DNA of 64,000 nucleotides. It comes from Candidatus Micrarchaeota archaeon (GTDB lineage: Archaea; Micrarchaeota; Micrarchaeia; Micrarchaeales; CABMGC01). The stretch is taken from positions 677,155-741,154 of the forward strand of contig JAJYVH010000001.1 in NCBI GenBank assembly GCA_021792095.1, written 5' to 3'. This document shows, in pieces, positions 43,743-52,260 of this stretch (position 1 is its first letter; the number at the start of each line of letters is the position of its first letter). The notes beneath the pieces are model-generated. The model did not search any database. It saw only the letters and a program-made list of their open reading frames with translations, and was not told where the DNA came from. Position numbers and translations under genes: made by a program.

Positions 43743-43823
43743 TGCGCCACCCCCATCCTACGCCAATACATCTAACACAACATTATTTAAATCTTATTCC
43801 GAACGTGTACGTGAAGTGGGCGC

Positions 43824-44111
43824 TTGGCTGGAACAATCAGCGAAGAACAGGCGAAACAGATAGCCTTAGAGTGGACCTCGGCTGCCATAGAGAAGATGAA
43901 CATAGAAAACCATTCGAACTGCAAGGATGCGAAGGTTGTCTCAAAGGCGACTTACGATAAGGACCTGCGCGTTTATGACCTGGTAGTGGAATTCTGGTGC
44001 CGGTCGATAATCTTCAGCCAGAAGTACAGGTACAGGTTGATCATAGGCGCGAACGGGGAAGTCAAGGACGCTAAGTTCATAGACGAGGGGGTCGACATCC
44101 CGCCCCAATAG
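43824..44111 (+). CDS. hypothetical small protein (weakly PepSY-like)
   Basis: 95-aa ORF. The EEQAKQIALEW...YDLVVEF...IIGANGEVKDAKFID pattern loosely recalls PepSY. The call is weak. Confidence 0.3.
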   Translation: MAGTISEEQAKQIALEWTSAAIEKMNIENHSNCKDAKVVSKATYDKDLRVYDLVVEFWCRSIIFSQKYRYRLIIGANGEVKDAKFIDEGVDIPPQ

Positions 44112-44173
44112 CCTGGCGGTGCCTACGATAGAGCGTATTTAAATCTTGTCATACTAGAGCACTAGGTAGTTGC

Positions 44174-44872
44174 ATGGGTGGTTTGGATGAGATCAAGAAG
44201 TGGCTCGAGCCGAAAGAGGAACTGTTCTTCTATTGCGACGGGGCAGTCGAGGGCCACGTGAACAAATTCGGCCAAAATCCCTTCCCGAACGCCAACGTTC
44301 AGGGCGGAATGGTCGTAGGGAAATTGGCTGTGACTGACCTGCGCGTCTTCGGGGTTTACGGAGGCATGCTGGGCGGGGGAAGGATGCTGTTTGAATGGAT
44401 AACTGACTACGACTATGCGACATCGAGGGTGAAGGGCAACCTGCAGTACGAGGGGAGGGCGATAGCGAAAGGCAAGTCGACAAAGGACCTCGGTTCGATC
44501 AAAAACCCGTTCGGGGGTGGAAACCTGCAAGCAATCATACATGTCGCTTCTGATGCGGAGCTTGTGACCAGAAAATCGCTCCTGTCTACCGACCATACCA
44601 TCGGCTTTAATGTGGCGATGCTGCGAACAGGGCTTACGGAGATGAAGGAAAAGCACCCCATAATGTCCAAGCTTCAAATGGCGAACAAGCGTCTATACGA
44701 ACTCCACGAACTGAAATTCAACAAGCCGGTAGTCAAGGAAACAGGATCAAGCGAGGAAACTGTGGAAAACGCCTATGCAGTGGTGCTCGCAGTCATCCAG
44801 AAACAGCTGAGGTCGATGAGCACTGAAAAGATAGACAATCTCTACTCGCTTGCTGAAGACACATCAGTGTAG
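44174..44872 (+). CDS. hypothetical protein (possible bacterial PH-like N-domain)
   Basis: 232-aa ORF. EELFFYCDGAVEG...GKLAVTDLRVFGVY resembles bPH/GRAM-like folds. The C-terminus is helical. Confidence 0.35.
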   Translation: MGGLDEIKKWLEPKEELFFYCDGAVEGHVNKFGQNPFPNANVQGGMVVGKLAVTDLRVFGVYGGMLGGGRMLFEWITDYDYATSRVKGNLQYEGRAIAKGKSTKDLGSIKNPFGGGNLQAIIHVASDAELVTRKSLLSTDHTIGFNVAMLRTGLTEMKEKHPIMSKLQMANKRLYELHELKFNKPVVKETGSSEETVENAYAVVLAVIQKQLRSMSTEKIDNLYSLAEDTSV

Positions 44873-44958
44873 ACCGGCCCGGTTCCCATTCCCAAAGCCC
44901 AAATACGGACAATCCCTATGAGGGCACTGATGACGTAATCCCGGGCCCACAGACCACT

Positions 44959-45882
44959 TCAAAGCAACTTAGATATGCCGTTATCGAGGCCTATCTTGGC
45001 CTTGAATCCGAGGACCCTTTCAGACTTTGATGTATCTGCAAGTGTTTCCATCACATAGTTTTTCATTGGCATGTTTACATATTTTGACTCTATGCTTGTG
45101 CCGAGCGCGTGATTTATCTTCTCCACCGTCTCCTTCAGACTGTAATTCTTGCCCGTACCTACGTTAAACTTATCAAAGCCCTTCACACCTGATGCCGCCA
45201 TAAGCGCATCAACCACATCGTCTGCGAACACAAAATCACGTCTCTGCGTGCCATCACCGTATATTACAGGTTGCTCGCCTTTCTTCATAGCCCAAAGAAA
45301 CTGCGACACTAGGTTTGCATAGCCTTTCTTTGCCTCTTCGTGCCTTCCGTACACAGAGAAGAATCGCATCGCAGCTACATTGACGCCATGCAGGCTGGCG
45401 TAGAGCTCCGAAAGCCTTTCAGCCGCTATCCTTGCCTCGGTGTAGTAATCAGTTACAAACGGCACAACATCTTCCCTGTGTGGCGTCTTTATGCCACTAT
45501 ATATCGAAGAGGTAGACGCGAATACCACAGTGGTGTTGTGCTTCTTGGCGTACTCGAGAACATTTATCATACCCTCCACCACTTCGTTGACCAGGTTTGG
45601 GTTCTTCTTATACATCGGAGAAGAGGAGTATATGCCTATATGAAATATCAAGTCTGTGTCTATACCGTGCCTTGCTATATTTTTCACATCATCTTTGATG
45701 AAATCAACATTTCCTGTTTTCTGAGCATCCTTAAGATTGTCCATCGAACCGGTGTGCAGGTTGTCTATAACGTGCACCTTGTTGTCCTGCGCAAGTCTTT
45801 CGACAAGGTTGCTGCCTATGAACCCAGCACCACCACTGACTATTATTTCCCTACCAGATATAGCAGTCATACCAAAACCCAA
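44959..45882 (-). CDS. NAD-dependent sugar epimerase/dehydratase (extended SDR)
   Basis: Rossmann motif VSGGAGFIGSNLVERL and ASTSSIY. The catalytic block reads YYTEARIAAE, with Arg where the YxxxK Lys is expected. Confidence 0.75.
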   Translation of the reverse strand: MGFGMTAISGREIIVSGGAGFIGSNLVERLAQDNKVHVIDNLHTGSMDNLKDAQKTGNVDFIKDDVKNIARHGIDTDLIFHIGIYSSSPMYKKNPNLVNEVVEGMINVLEYAKKHNTTVVFASTSSIYSGIKTPHREDVVPFVTDYYTEARIAAERLSELYASLHGVNVAAMRFFSVYGRHEEAKKGYANLVSQFLWAMKKGEQPVIYGDGTQRRDFVFADDVVDALMAASGVKGFDKFNVGTGKNYSLKETVEKINHALGTSIESKYVNMPMKNYVMETLADTSKSERVLGFKAKIGLDNGISKLL

Positions 45883-46044
45883 ATCTTTACCTACATGCCA
45901 GACAGGAATATTTATGTGTTACGCATAGCCTGCTGCCAGACGCGTGCCGCCGCAGGTCAAAATCAGAATTTGATGCTTTGCGACTCACGTCAACATATAT
46001 AAAGACTAAAAATACAACGTTTTGTATTCAGAGGCACAGGTATA

Positions 46045-46869
46045 ATGACATCTCAGAACGGGAAGCATCTAGAAGGAATAAAGCTTGTGCTAATAGACAT
46101 CGAGGGCACGCTGGTACCGGGCAAGGACGTAGACATGCGACCGCACTACTGGGGCCTGTTAAAAGGAATAGCAGAAAGGAAGAGGAACTTCCTGATAGGC
46201 CTCAGCACAGGGCGCGAAGCAGCCTATGCCGTCAGGTTTGTTGAATTGCTTGGCCGAAACGGAAAGATAATAGGTGAATCAGGCGGGGAGCTCTACGATT
46301 GTGATACAAAAATTACTCTGCTGCTTATCAAAGACAGCAAACTCAAATTGCTCAGGCAAGCAGAGCGTCTCCTCGATGAATATGTTACGAACAGGCATGG
46401 CACAAAAGAGCCGAAAAACACAATGCTTACCTACAACCCCCCGGCCGGGGTGCAGACGCATGCATTCTGCGATGAGCTGGAAGCTGAGCTATCGCTAAAA
46501 AAACCGGCACTACGCGGTGAGCTCGATTTTACATTCTCGCAGTCGGCCGTAGACATAACATGCAAAGGAATCAACAAGGGCACAGGGGCGCTAGAGCTAG
46601 CCAAGATGGTAGCAATACCGCTGAACAGCATAGCAATCATAGGCGATAGCATGAACGACATTAAGGCCTTCGCCATAATTGCTGCAGGGAATGGCGTCTG
46701 CGTTGCGCCTTCCAACGCCACACAGGAAGTGAAGGAGTACATTAACCTTCTTATCAGGCAGGGAAAACCAGCTTATATCTCTGACAAACACTCCACTGGA
46801 GCGGTGCTCGAACTACTTAGTGACGTGCTGAAGCAGACCGATGGGAGTGCAAAGCTAGCAACAGAGTAA
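46045..46869 (+). CDS. HAD-IIB (Cof-type) phosphatase-like hydrolase
   Basis: Motif I LVLIDIEGTL (D-x-E), GLSTGR and motif IV IGDSMNDIKAF. Confidence 0.65.
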   Translation: MTSQNGKHLEGIKLVLIDIEGTLVPGKDVDMRPHYWGLLKGIAERKRNFLIGLSTGREAAYAVRFVELLGRNGKIIGESGGELYDCDTKITLLLIKDSKLKLLRQAERLLDEYVTNRHGTKEPKNTMLTYNPPAGVQTHAFCDELEAELSLKKPALRGELDFTFSQSAVDITCKGINKGTGALELAKMVAIPLNSIAIIGDSMNDIKAFAIIAAGNGVCVAPSNATQEVKEYINLLIRQGKPAYISDKHSTGAVLELLSDVLKQTDGSAKLATE

Positions 46870-46899
46870 TATAAAAGGTTAGTTACGTGCTGCTGCCCG

Positions 46900-47982
46900 C
46901 TAAACATTGTGTGGCACATAGATGTTTTTGCTCGAATTCACGAAGATTGTGTAGGTCGAGCCCACGAAGCCGGTCTGGTTGGTGCCGTTGAGCCACACCA
47001 ACACAGTGTATTCGCCTGCGCCGTACTTGTCTATCAGGCCCTTCATGCTGAAGGCTATGCCCAGCCTGCCACCGCTTGCGGAGTACTGGTCCGCCAGTAT
47101 AGTGTCTATGCCCGGATAGTAGTAGCCTTGGCTGCCTACGACCCCTGCGACTGTTGTCCCGTAGCCGTACGACGACGTGTTGTCAAGCTGGACCCTCGAC
47201 ATGCCCTGCACCGGCGCATCGTACGATATCTGCACCGATGATAGGGAGTAGGGCTGCGCGAGCGTGCCGTAGAGCAGCATCTCATCGCTGCTCTGGTTTA
47301 TGCCATACTTGCTCCACGCTATGTAGTTGTCTATGAAGTCCTCAACAAAGTAGACGGTGCTCGAGTTGTAGGCTATGCCTATGCTCACCTGGTTGTGGTA
47401 CTGATTTAGTATGTTGTCCCTGTGCCCGTTGTTGCAGCACTGGCTGTCATTGTACATCATGCTGTACTCCATCTCCTGCAGCGCCTGTGTGACGTTTATG
47501 TCTCCGCTGCAGCCGAAGACGCCGCACTCCGCACTGTACCTGTAGGCTATGTTCTCGCTGACAGCACCGGTGCCGCCAAGTAGGGTGTAACGCATGTAGG
47601 GCTTCATGCCGAAGACATCCCAGTGGCTGAAGTAGTTGTTGGCGAGCATGCTCGACGCGTGCTGTTGCGCCGACGGTTCGCTCGAGACGGTGACGTTCGC
47701 CAGGCCGTAGGCATTCCTGTCCCTGTTTATAAGGCTCAGCGCATAGGCCGCTAGCTGCGCGTTCGCCTGTGTGGCATTTGCCGTGCCCGTATTGCTGACC
47801 ACACTCTCGTTGCCTATCTGCGACGCATTCGCGCTCGTGTAGTTGGAGACAATGCCTACTATCGGACCCGCCCTGTCCATGTACCCGAAGAAGAGGAACG
47901 ATACCAGGAGCAGGACCGCGATTAGAGTGATCACGCTTGCTACAGCACCTGTTGCACCCATGCTGCTGATTGGACAGCGCAT
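46900..47982 (-). CDS. secreted CAP/SCP (PR-1-like) domain protein
   Basis: N-terminal TM/signal sequence. LINRDRNAYGL...HASSMLANNYFSHWD...GAVSENIA is the CAP core. The protein is sequon-rich. Confidence 0.7.
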   Translation of the reverse strand: MRCPISSMGATGAVASVITLIAVLLLVSFLFFGYMDRAGPIVGIVSNYTSANASQIGNESVVSNTGTANATQANAQLAAYALSLINRDRNAYGLANVTVSSEPSAQQHASSMLANNYFSHWDVFGMKPYMRYTLLGGTGAVSENIAYRYSAECGVFGCSGDINVTQALQEMEYSMMYNDSQCCNNGHRDNILNQYHNQVSIGIAYNSSTVYFVEDFIDNYIAWSKYGINQSSDEMLLYGTLAQPYSLSSVQISYDAPVQGMSRVQLDNTSSYGYGTTVAGVVGSQGYYYPGIDTILADQYSASGGRLGIAFSMKGLIDKYGAGEYTVLVWLNGTNQTGFVGSTYTIFVNSSKNIYVPHNV

Positions 47983-48019
47983 GTTAAAGTAACGATGCCC
48001 TGTCGGGCCTGGCTAAAGC

Positions 48020-48261
48020 GAAGCGGCGTGCCGTAGCCTCCCTTCTGTTTTAGGTGGCATTCGACTAAGCGGCTTTATGCCTTGCACGCTCCTCGTGCGC
48101 ACACCGGCCGTTCCATGCATACGTGCACGCTCGTAATGTCATCGCTTGTGTACATGTATGCTCGCGTTTCTGTTCCGGATCGGGCCTTAAGCCCAACACG
48201 CACTCTGCGTGGGGAGAGCTTCCTCAGTCATATCGACCGTGGGCCACCCGCACACCGCTTC
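48020..48261 (-). ncRNA. rnpB: RNase P RNA, compact form (about 242 nt)
   Basis: P1 is 5'-GAAGCGGUGUGC (48250-48261) with GCACGCCGCUUC-3' (48020-48031). P2 is GGUGGC (48243-48248) with GCCACC (48053-58). CR-I is GAGGAAGCUCUCCCC (48211-25). J2/4 plus CR-V is ACAGAAGGGAGGCU (48035-48). P4 is AGC(U)CUCCC/GGGAGGCU with the bulged U. There are CR-II/III-like AACAGAAAC..GAGCA and GCAAGGCAUAAAG. TTATATAT lies about 26 nt upstream. Confidence 0.7.
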
Positions 48262-48302
48262 ATATGATATACTTTTCGCCCATATATAAGGCTAGTGGTA
48301 CG

Positions 48303-48578
48303 ATGGCAATAACTGGCGCGGAGCTCTCCGGCATCTGGCTGATAGTGGCGATAGTGATAGTGATACTCATAGTGTGGAAGCTGGGCAAACTCATATTCAA
48401 GCTGATCTTCGGCCTGATAAGCAACATAATAATGGGCTTCATCACGCTCCTGGCCGTGAACTATTTCTTCGGCCTCTCCATACCGTACAGCCTGCCCGTC
48501 ATAGCATCTACTGTGTTCTTCGGGCTCGGGGGCATAGGGACAATAATAATACTCAAGCTCTTCGGAGTGCCCGTCTGA
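48303..48578 (+). CDS. small BofA-like membrane protein
   Basis: 91 aa from ATG 48303. Three hydrophobic helices (WLIVAIVIVILIV, IIMGFITLLAVNYFFG, VFFGLGGIGTIIIL) resemble the BofA family. Confidence 0.5.
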   Translation: MAITGAELSGIWLIVAIVIVILIVWKLGKLIFKLIFGLISNIIMGFITLLAVNYFFGLSIPYSLPVIASTVFFGLGGIGTIIILKLFGVPV

Positions 48579-48582
48579 CCCG

Positions 48583-48777
48583 CTACTTGGCAAGGTCGAC
48601 GTCTGATTTCTGCACTGTCTTCCTGCCTGCGTGCTTCGCCAGCTTCACCGCTTTCTTGGCAAGCGCATAGGCCATGCTGTTCATCATCTCGGCCAGCTCC
48701 CTGGAGGCGCTGTCGCTGACCCTCGCCGCCCCCGCGCCCTTCAGTATCTTCTTGGCAGCCTGCTCGGAGATCGCCAT
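48583..48777 (-). CDS. archaeal histone (HMf family)
   Basis: 64 aa. KKILKGAGAARVSDSASRELAEMM...KLAKHAGRKTVQKSDVDLA is a histone fold with the RKT motif. Confidence 0.85.
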   Translation of the reverse strand: MAISEQAAKKILKGAGAARVSDSASRELAEMMNSMAYALAKKAVKLAKHAGRKTVQKSDVDLAK

Positions 48778-48815
48778 GAGTAGGATTAAATAGCAAAACT
48801 TAAAACAATAACAGC

Positions 48816-49286
48816 ATGCGCATAAGGGAACTGGAGCGTGGCGACTCGGACAGGATAAGGGAGCTCATCCTGGAACTCTACGACGAGAATCCTGCATACA
48901 GCACTTTCGGCCACAGGCCGGACGAGGGCGAGCTCGAAGGCGTCATCTCCGGGAAGCTGAGGGGCATAGCGGCCGGCAGCATTATCGACCTGGTAGCGGT
49001 GGACGACGGGCGCATAGTTGCGGAATGCGAACTCGTAGGCACGGAGCCGGGCCGCGGGGTGATAGGCATAATGGTGGAGGCCAGGAGCAGGCGGAAGGGC
49101 CTGGGCGGAGAGCTTGTCTCCAGGGCCATGCGGCTCGCCGCGGGCAGGGGTCTGGCCAAGGCGTACGCGAACGTGCGCAGGGAGAACTGGCGCGCCCTAA
49201 AGTTCTTCAGGGCCTGCGGCTTCACTGAGGAGGCGGGGGCGGAGGGGGAGATAGTAGTGATGTCCAAGGGCGCTTCAGCCGCTTGA
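48816..49286 (+). CDS. GNAT-family N-acetyltransferase
   Basis: 156 aa. VEARSRRKGLGGELVSRAMRLA (motif A R-x-x-G-x-G) and FFRACGFTEE. Confidence 0.8.
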   Translation: MRIRELERGDSDRIRELILELYDENPAYSTFGHRPDEGELEGVISGKLRGIAAGSIIDLVAVDDGRIVAECELVGTEPGRGVIGIMVEARSRRKGLGGELVSRAMRLAAGRGLAKAYANVRRENWRALKFFRACGFTEEAGAEGEIVVMSKGASAA

Positions 49287-49895
49287 GTTGTAGGTGGCGA
49301 GCAGCGTGCCGTTCAGCTGGGACAGCAGCACGCTCACAGTGTGGTTGGCCTTTGGCGCTGAGTACTCCACGAGCCACGCCTTGGTGTAGTTCTTCCCGTA
49401 CGCGCTGAGGTTCTGGTAGAAGTGCGAGCCCACGCTGACATTGCGGAAACCGTACTGCTGCACGAACGACATCACACTCGGTATGCCGAGCGTGTAAGAC
49501 CTCGTTATCGCAGCGGGGAAAGAGGAGAGCAGGAAGCTCGTGTTCTGCTGCAGGCCATATATCCTGCAGTCCTGCGTGTACGTGTTCTGCACCCTGTACA
49601 CGAAGCCGAACTTGGGGTAATCGAACGTGTACGCGTAGTACGATGGGCACGGCGAGGTGGCGTTCACTACCACGGATGCGGCTATGTACCAGCTGCCCGT
49701 GTAGTTAGAGGATCTCTCGCTGGTTATGTTTATGATTGCGCTGGGATAAGCGTTCTGCAGGTCTGCGGTAACAAGCGACGCCGCCTGCTGCTCGCTCACA
49801 TGACTCAGTATCGTGCTTTGCAGCGCGTAGTACACACCAAGCAGTATCACTACCACGACAACGGCAGCAACAACGGTCTTGGAGAGCAGGTCCAT
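49275..49895 (-). CDS. membrane-anchored extracellular protein, sequon-rich, unknown function
   Basis: 206 aa with an N-terminal TM helix (VVAAVVVVVILLGVYY) and many N-x-S/T sites. Confidence 0.5.
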   Translation of the reverse strand: MDLLSKTVVAAVVVVVILLGVYYALQSTILSHVSEQQAASLVTADLQNAYPSAIINITSERSSNYTGSWYIAASVVVNATSPCPSYYAYTFDYPKFGFVYRVQNTYTQDCRIYGLQQNTSFLLSSFPAAITRSYTLGIPSVMSFVQQYGFRNVSVGSHFYQNLSAYGKNYTKAWLVEYSAPKANHTVSVLLSQLNGTLLATYNSSG

Positions 49896-49931
49896 GTTCT
49901 AGACTGAAATAAGCAGATATAAAACGTTTGC

Positions 49932-51092
49932 TCAGCCGCCTCCGCTAACGATGTCCGCCGCCTTCAGGCTCCTGGACACGACGCTCCCTATGCCCATGAG
50001 CCTTAGCATCCCGGCAAGCGCCTCCGGCTCTGTGGCCGTCTTGGGGTGCCTGGCGTTGATGGAGCACACGTCAGGGTACTGCCTGATGGATGTGCCGTAC
50101 GTGCCTATGCGCCTCGCTATTTCCACGATCTCCATCTTGTCGAAGCCTATCAGGGGCCTCATCACCGGCAGCTTCAGGCCGCGCTGCTCGGCGACCAGGT
50201 TGGATGCCGTCTGGGATGCCACCTGGCCCAGGCTGTCGCCGGTGTAGATGAAGCCAGCCCCTTCCCTGGCGGCCACCTTCTCGGCGAGCCTGAGCAGGAA
50301 GGCCTTGAACAGTATGGGCTCGTACCTCCCGAACCTGGCGGCCTTGGCCTGGAATATGTGCGACGGCACGTAGTAGATTTTGGCGCGCGGGGAGTAGCCG
50401 GACAGCTGCGCGACGAGCTCCGCTATCTTGCTCGACTCAGCTGTAGCGTTGTCCGTGAACGCGTGAGCGTGCACATATATGGGCTCTGCGCCGCGCTTCA
50501 TCGCGTACCATGCGGCCACCGGCGAGTCTATGCCCCCGGACAGCAGCACGACGCACTTGCCCGACGCGCCGACGGGCAGTCCGCCGGCGCCCCTGTGCCT
50601 GTCGAGCGAGACGAAGGCGGCATCGGCCTTCACAGCCACCCTGAGCTCCTTCTCGTAGCCCTCGGTCGTAGTCTCCACGCCCATCCCCGAGATGCTTTTC
50701 TGCAGGCGCGCCACCACCGCCCTGGAATCGAACGGGAGCCGCTTGTAGGCCCTGTGCGAGCTTATCAGCACGCTCTTGGGCCTCGGCTCCGTGGCGACCA
50801 GCGACATAGCGGCGCGCTCTATGCCCTCGAGCGTCGGCTCGGCCTCCAGCGCCGGCTCTATCGCGCTGAGCCCGAACGTCATCTGGAGCTTAGCTATTAT
50901 TGCGCCGGAATCCCCGGCCCCGCAGCGGAGCTGCAGCCTGTCGAAGTCCCTGCGCAGCGAGAAAGCGTGGCCCGCGAGCTGCGCCCTTATGTTCCTCTCC
51001 AGCAGCCGTATGTAGCCGTCCCTGTTGCCTCCCTTCAGCCAGAGCTCGCCGAACTTTAGTATAATAAGCACATCAGCGCCGCCTCCGGTCAT
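49932..51092 (-). CDS. thiI: tRNA 4-thiouridine synthase ThiI
   Basis: The N-terminal KFGELWLKGGNR and THUMP region are followed by the PP-loop VVLLSGGIDSPVAAW. The ORF extends to 51140, and I prefer MTGGGAD as the start. Confidence 0.85.
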   Translation of the reverse strand: MTGGGADVLIILKFGELWLKGGNRDGYIRLLERNIRAQLAGHAFSLRRDFDRLQLRCGAGDSGAIIAKLQMTFGLSAIEPALEAEPTLEGIERAAMSLVATEPRPKSVLISSHRAYKRLPFDSRAVVARLQKSISGMGVETTTEGYEKELRVAVKADAAFVSLDRHRGAGGLPVGASGKCVVLLSGGIDSPVAAWYAMKRGAEPIYVHAHAFTDNATAESSKIAELVAQLSGYSPRAKIYYVPSHIFQAKAARFGRYEPILFKAFLLRLAEKVAAREGAGFIYTGDSLGQVASQTASNLVAEQRGLKLPVMRPLIGFDKMEIVEIARRIGTYGTSIRQYPDVCSINARHPKTATEPEALAGMLRLMGIGSVVSRSLKAADIVSGGG

Positions 51093-51150
51093 GGGTCCAT
51101 CCTCCTTGCCAGAAAGCGCGAACGCGCCGCGAGGCTCCATGCCTATATTG

Positions 51151-51324
51151 CTACCTGCCTGCTTTTGTAACTTCCTTCTGCTCCTTGTGCCTCTGCTTGC
51201 GCTGCTGCTTGACGTCGAACTTGAAGCAGCGGTCCGAGCAGTAGTACTTTATCGCACCCGTCTTCCGCACGTACATTATGCCCGTGCCCTTCTCTATCTC
51301 CCTTGTGCAGTAAGAGCAGCGCAT
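51151..51324 (-). CDS. rpl24e: ribosomal protein L24e
   Basis: 57-aa ORF not in the track: [57 protein letters not shown] (zinc-ribbon C..C...C..C). Confidence 0.85.
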   Translation of the reverse strand: MRCSYCTREIEKGTGIMYVRKTGAIKYYCSDRCFKFDVKQQRKQRHKEQKEVTKAGR

Positions 51325-51328
51325 GCTA

Positions 51329-51592
51329 TCATCTCACCATGATGCGCTTGTCCTCCCTGCTCGTGTCGGAGACGCGTATTATGTCGCCCACCTTTATCCT
51401 GCCGCTCACGTTCCTCCTCCTCACCCTGCCCTTGTCCTTCCCTTCGAGTATCTTGAGCATTACCTGGCGTACGGAGCCGAACATGCCGGTGCGCATGGGT
51501 GCGACCTCCACTACCTCGGCCATGAAGCCGTCGAACTTCCTCTCCGGCTTCGCCTCCTGGACAGCCTCCTGCTTTCCCTGCTCTTCAGCCAA
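51329..51592 (-). CDS. rps28e: ribosomal protein S28e with N-terminal extension
   Basis: The core is [50 protein letters not shown]. It is preceded by about 20 aa ([20 protein letters not shown]). Confidence 0.85.
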   Translation of the reverse strand: MAEEQGKQEAVQEAKPERKFDGFMAEVVEVAPMRTGMFGSVRQVMLKILEGKDKGRVRRRNVSGRIKVGDIIRVSDTSREDKRIMVR

Positions 51593-51618
51593 CCCAACAC
51601 ACCGATGTCATGAAACGT

Positions 51619-52149
51619 TCAGCTTGCTTCTGCAGCCGGAGCTTCCGCCTGAGCCTCTGGTGCAGCCTGCTTCTGCTCCTGCTCCTGCTTCGGCGCCTTT
51701 TCCTTCTTCTGCTTCGGCTTGGCCTCCTTCGGCGCCTGCTCCTGCTTCGGCGCCTCCTGCTTCGCCTCCTGCCTCGCAGCCCCGCCCTGCTTCGTTGCGG
51801 CCCAGCCTGTTATCTCCTTGACCTGCGCCTGCGCATCGCCCGGCTTCTCTATGGCTATGGCCGCGCACGGAACCCCGAGCCCGGCAGCCTTGCCCAGGTC
51901 AAGCTTGGCAGGCACGAAGATGAAAGGCTTCCTCTTCTGCTCGCAGAGCGTCGGCAGGTGCATCACCACCTCCTCGGGCTCCACGTCGCCTGCTATCAGC
52001 ACGAGCTCGGCGGTGCCCCGCTCTATGCTCTTGGTGACCTCGTTGACTCCCTTCTTCACTTTGCCCCCCTGCTTCGCAAGACGCACAGCGTCGAGCGACT
52101 TGTCCACTATCTCCTTTGGCGCTTCGAATTTCACATAGCTCTTTGCCAT
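51619..52149 (-). CDS. rpl7ae: ribosomal protein L7Ae with long K/Q/E/A/P-rich C-terminal tail
   Basis: The core is [13 protein letters not shown]...[36 protein letters not shown]. The tail is ...[51 protein letters not shown]. Start taken at MAKSYV. Confidence 0.85.
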   Translation of the reverse strand: MAKSYVKFEAPKEIVDKSLDAVRLAKQGGKVKKGVNEVTKSIERGTAELVLIAGDVEPEEVVMHLPTLCEQKRKPFIFVPAKLDLGKAAGLGVPCAAIAIEKPGDAQAQVKEITGWAATKQGGAARQEAKQEAPKQEQAPKEAKPKQKKEKAPKQEQEQKQAAPEAQAEAPAAEAS

Positions 52150-52260
52150 ACCTACACCTCGTTTCATTGGTGCCGAAAAATAAGCACCGGTCCCTGCGCT
52201 TGCGCGCGGGATTAGATTAGCATTACTCAACAAGGGTTTAAAACACTACCTGTAAAACGC

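Noticed and set aside
41309-47000. Second copy of the tRNA-Thr(UGU) 3' end (att-like repeat) downstream
   Set aside because: By eye I found only 7-mer matches (e.g. CTGGGGC at about 46150), which are not significant. The right boundary of this putative accessory region is left undefined.
48020-48261. SRP (7S) RNA as an alternative identity for the structured intergenic RNA
   Set aside because: CAGAAGGGAGGCUAC superficially resembles the SRP helix 8 GGAAGGGAGCA motif. There is no GNAR-closed helix 8/6 arrangement or Alu-domain motif. The P1/P2/P4 pseudoknot with a bulged U fits RNase P much better.
48266-48280. GATATACTTTTCGCC, similar to the orphan-gene promoter 17-mer, as the rnpB promoter
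   Set aside because: Read on the minus strand, it would place the TSS about 18 nt inside the predicted P1/P2 helices. The TTATATAT box further upstream has the correct spacing, so the similarity is probably coincidental. Alternatively, the element serves the plus-strand gene as a TATA box.
50046-51059. 337-aa plus-strand ORF
   Set aside because: It is antisense to thiI, which has a PP-loop motif. The same logic applies to 53542..54513 and 52810..53475 opposite fusA, to 28300..28914 opposite sufS, and to 33882..34796 and 32830..33813 opposite the ftsZ genes.
51608-52215. Several low-complexity ORFs (L/R/S/P-rich or A/G/E-rich) overlapping the rpl7ae tail region
   Set aside because: They are alternative-frame or antisense readings of the repetitive K/Q/E/A/P tail-coding DNA. 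L7Ae in its own frame explains the region.
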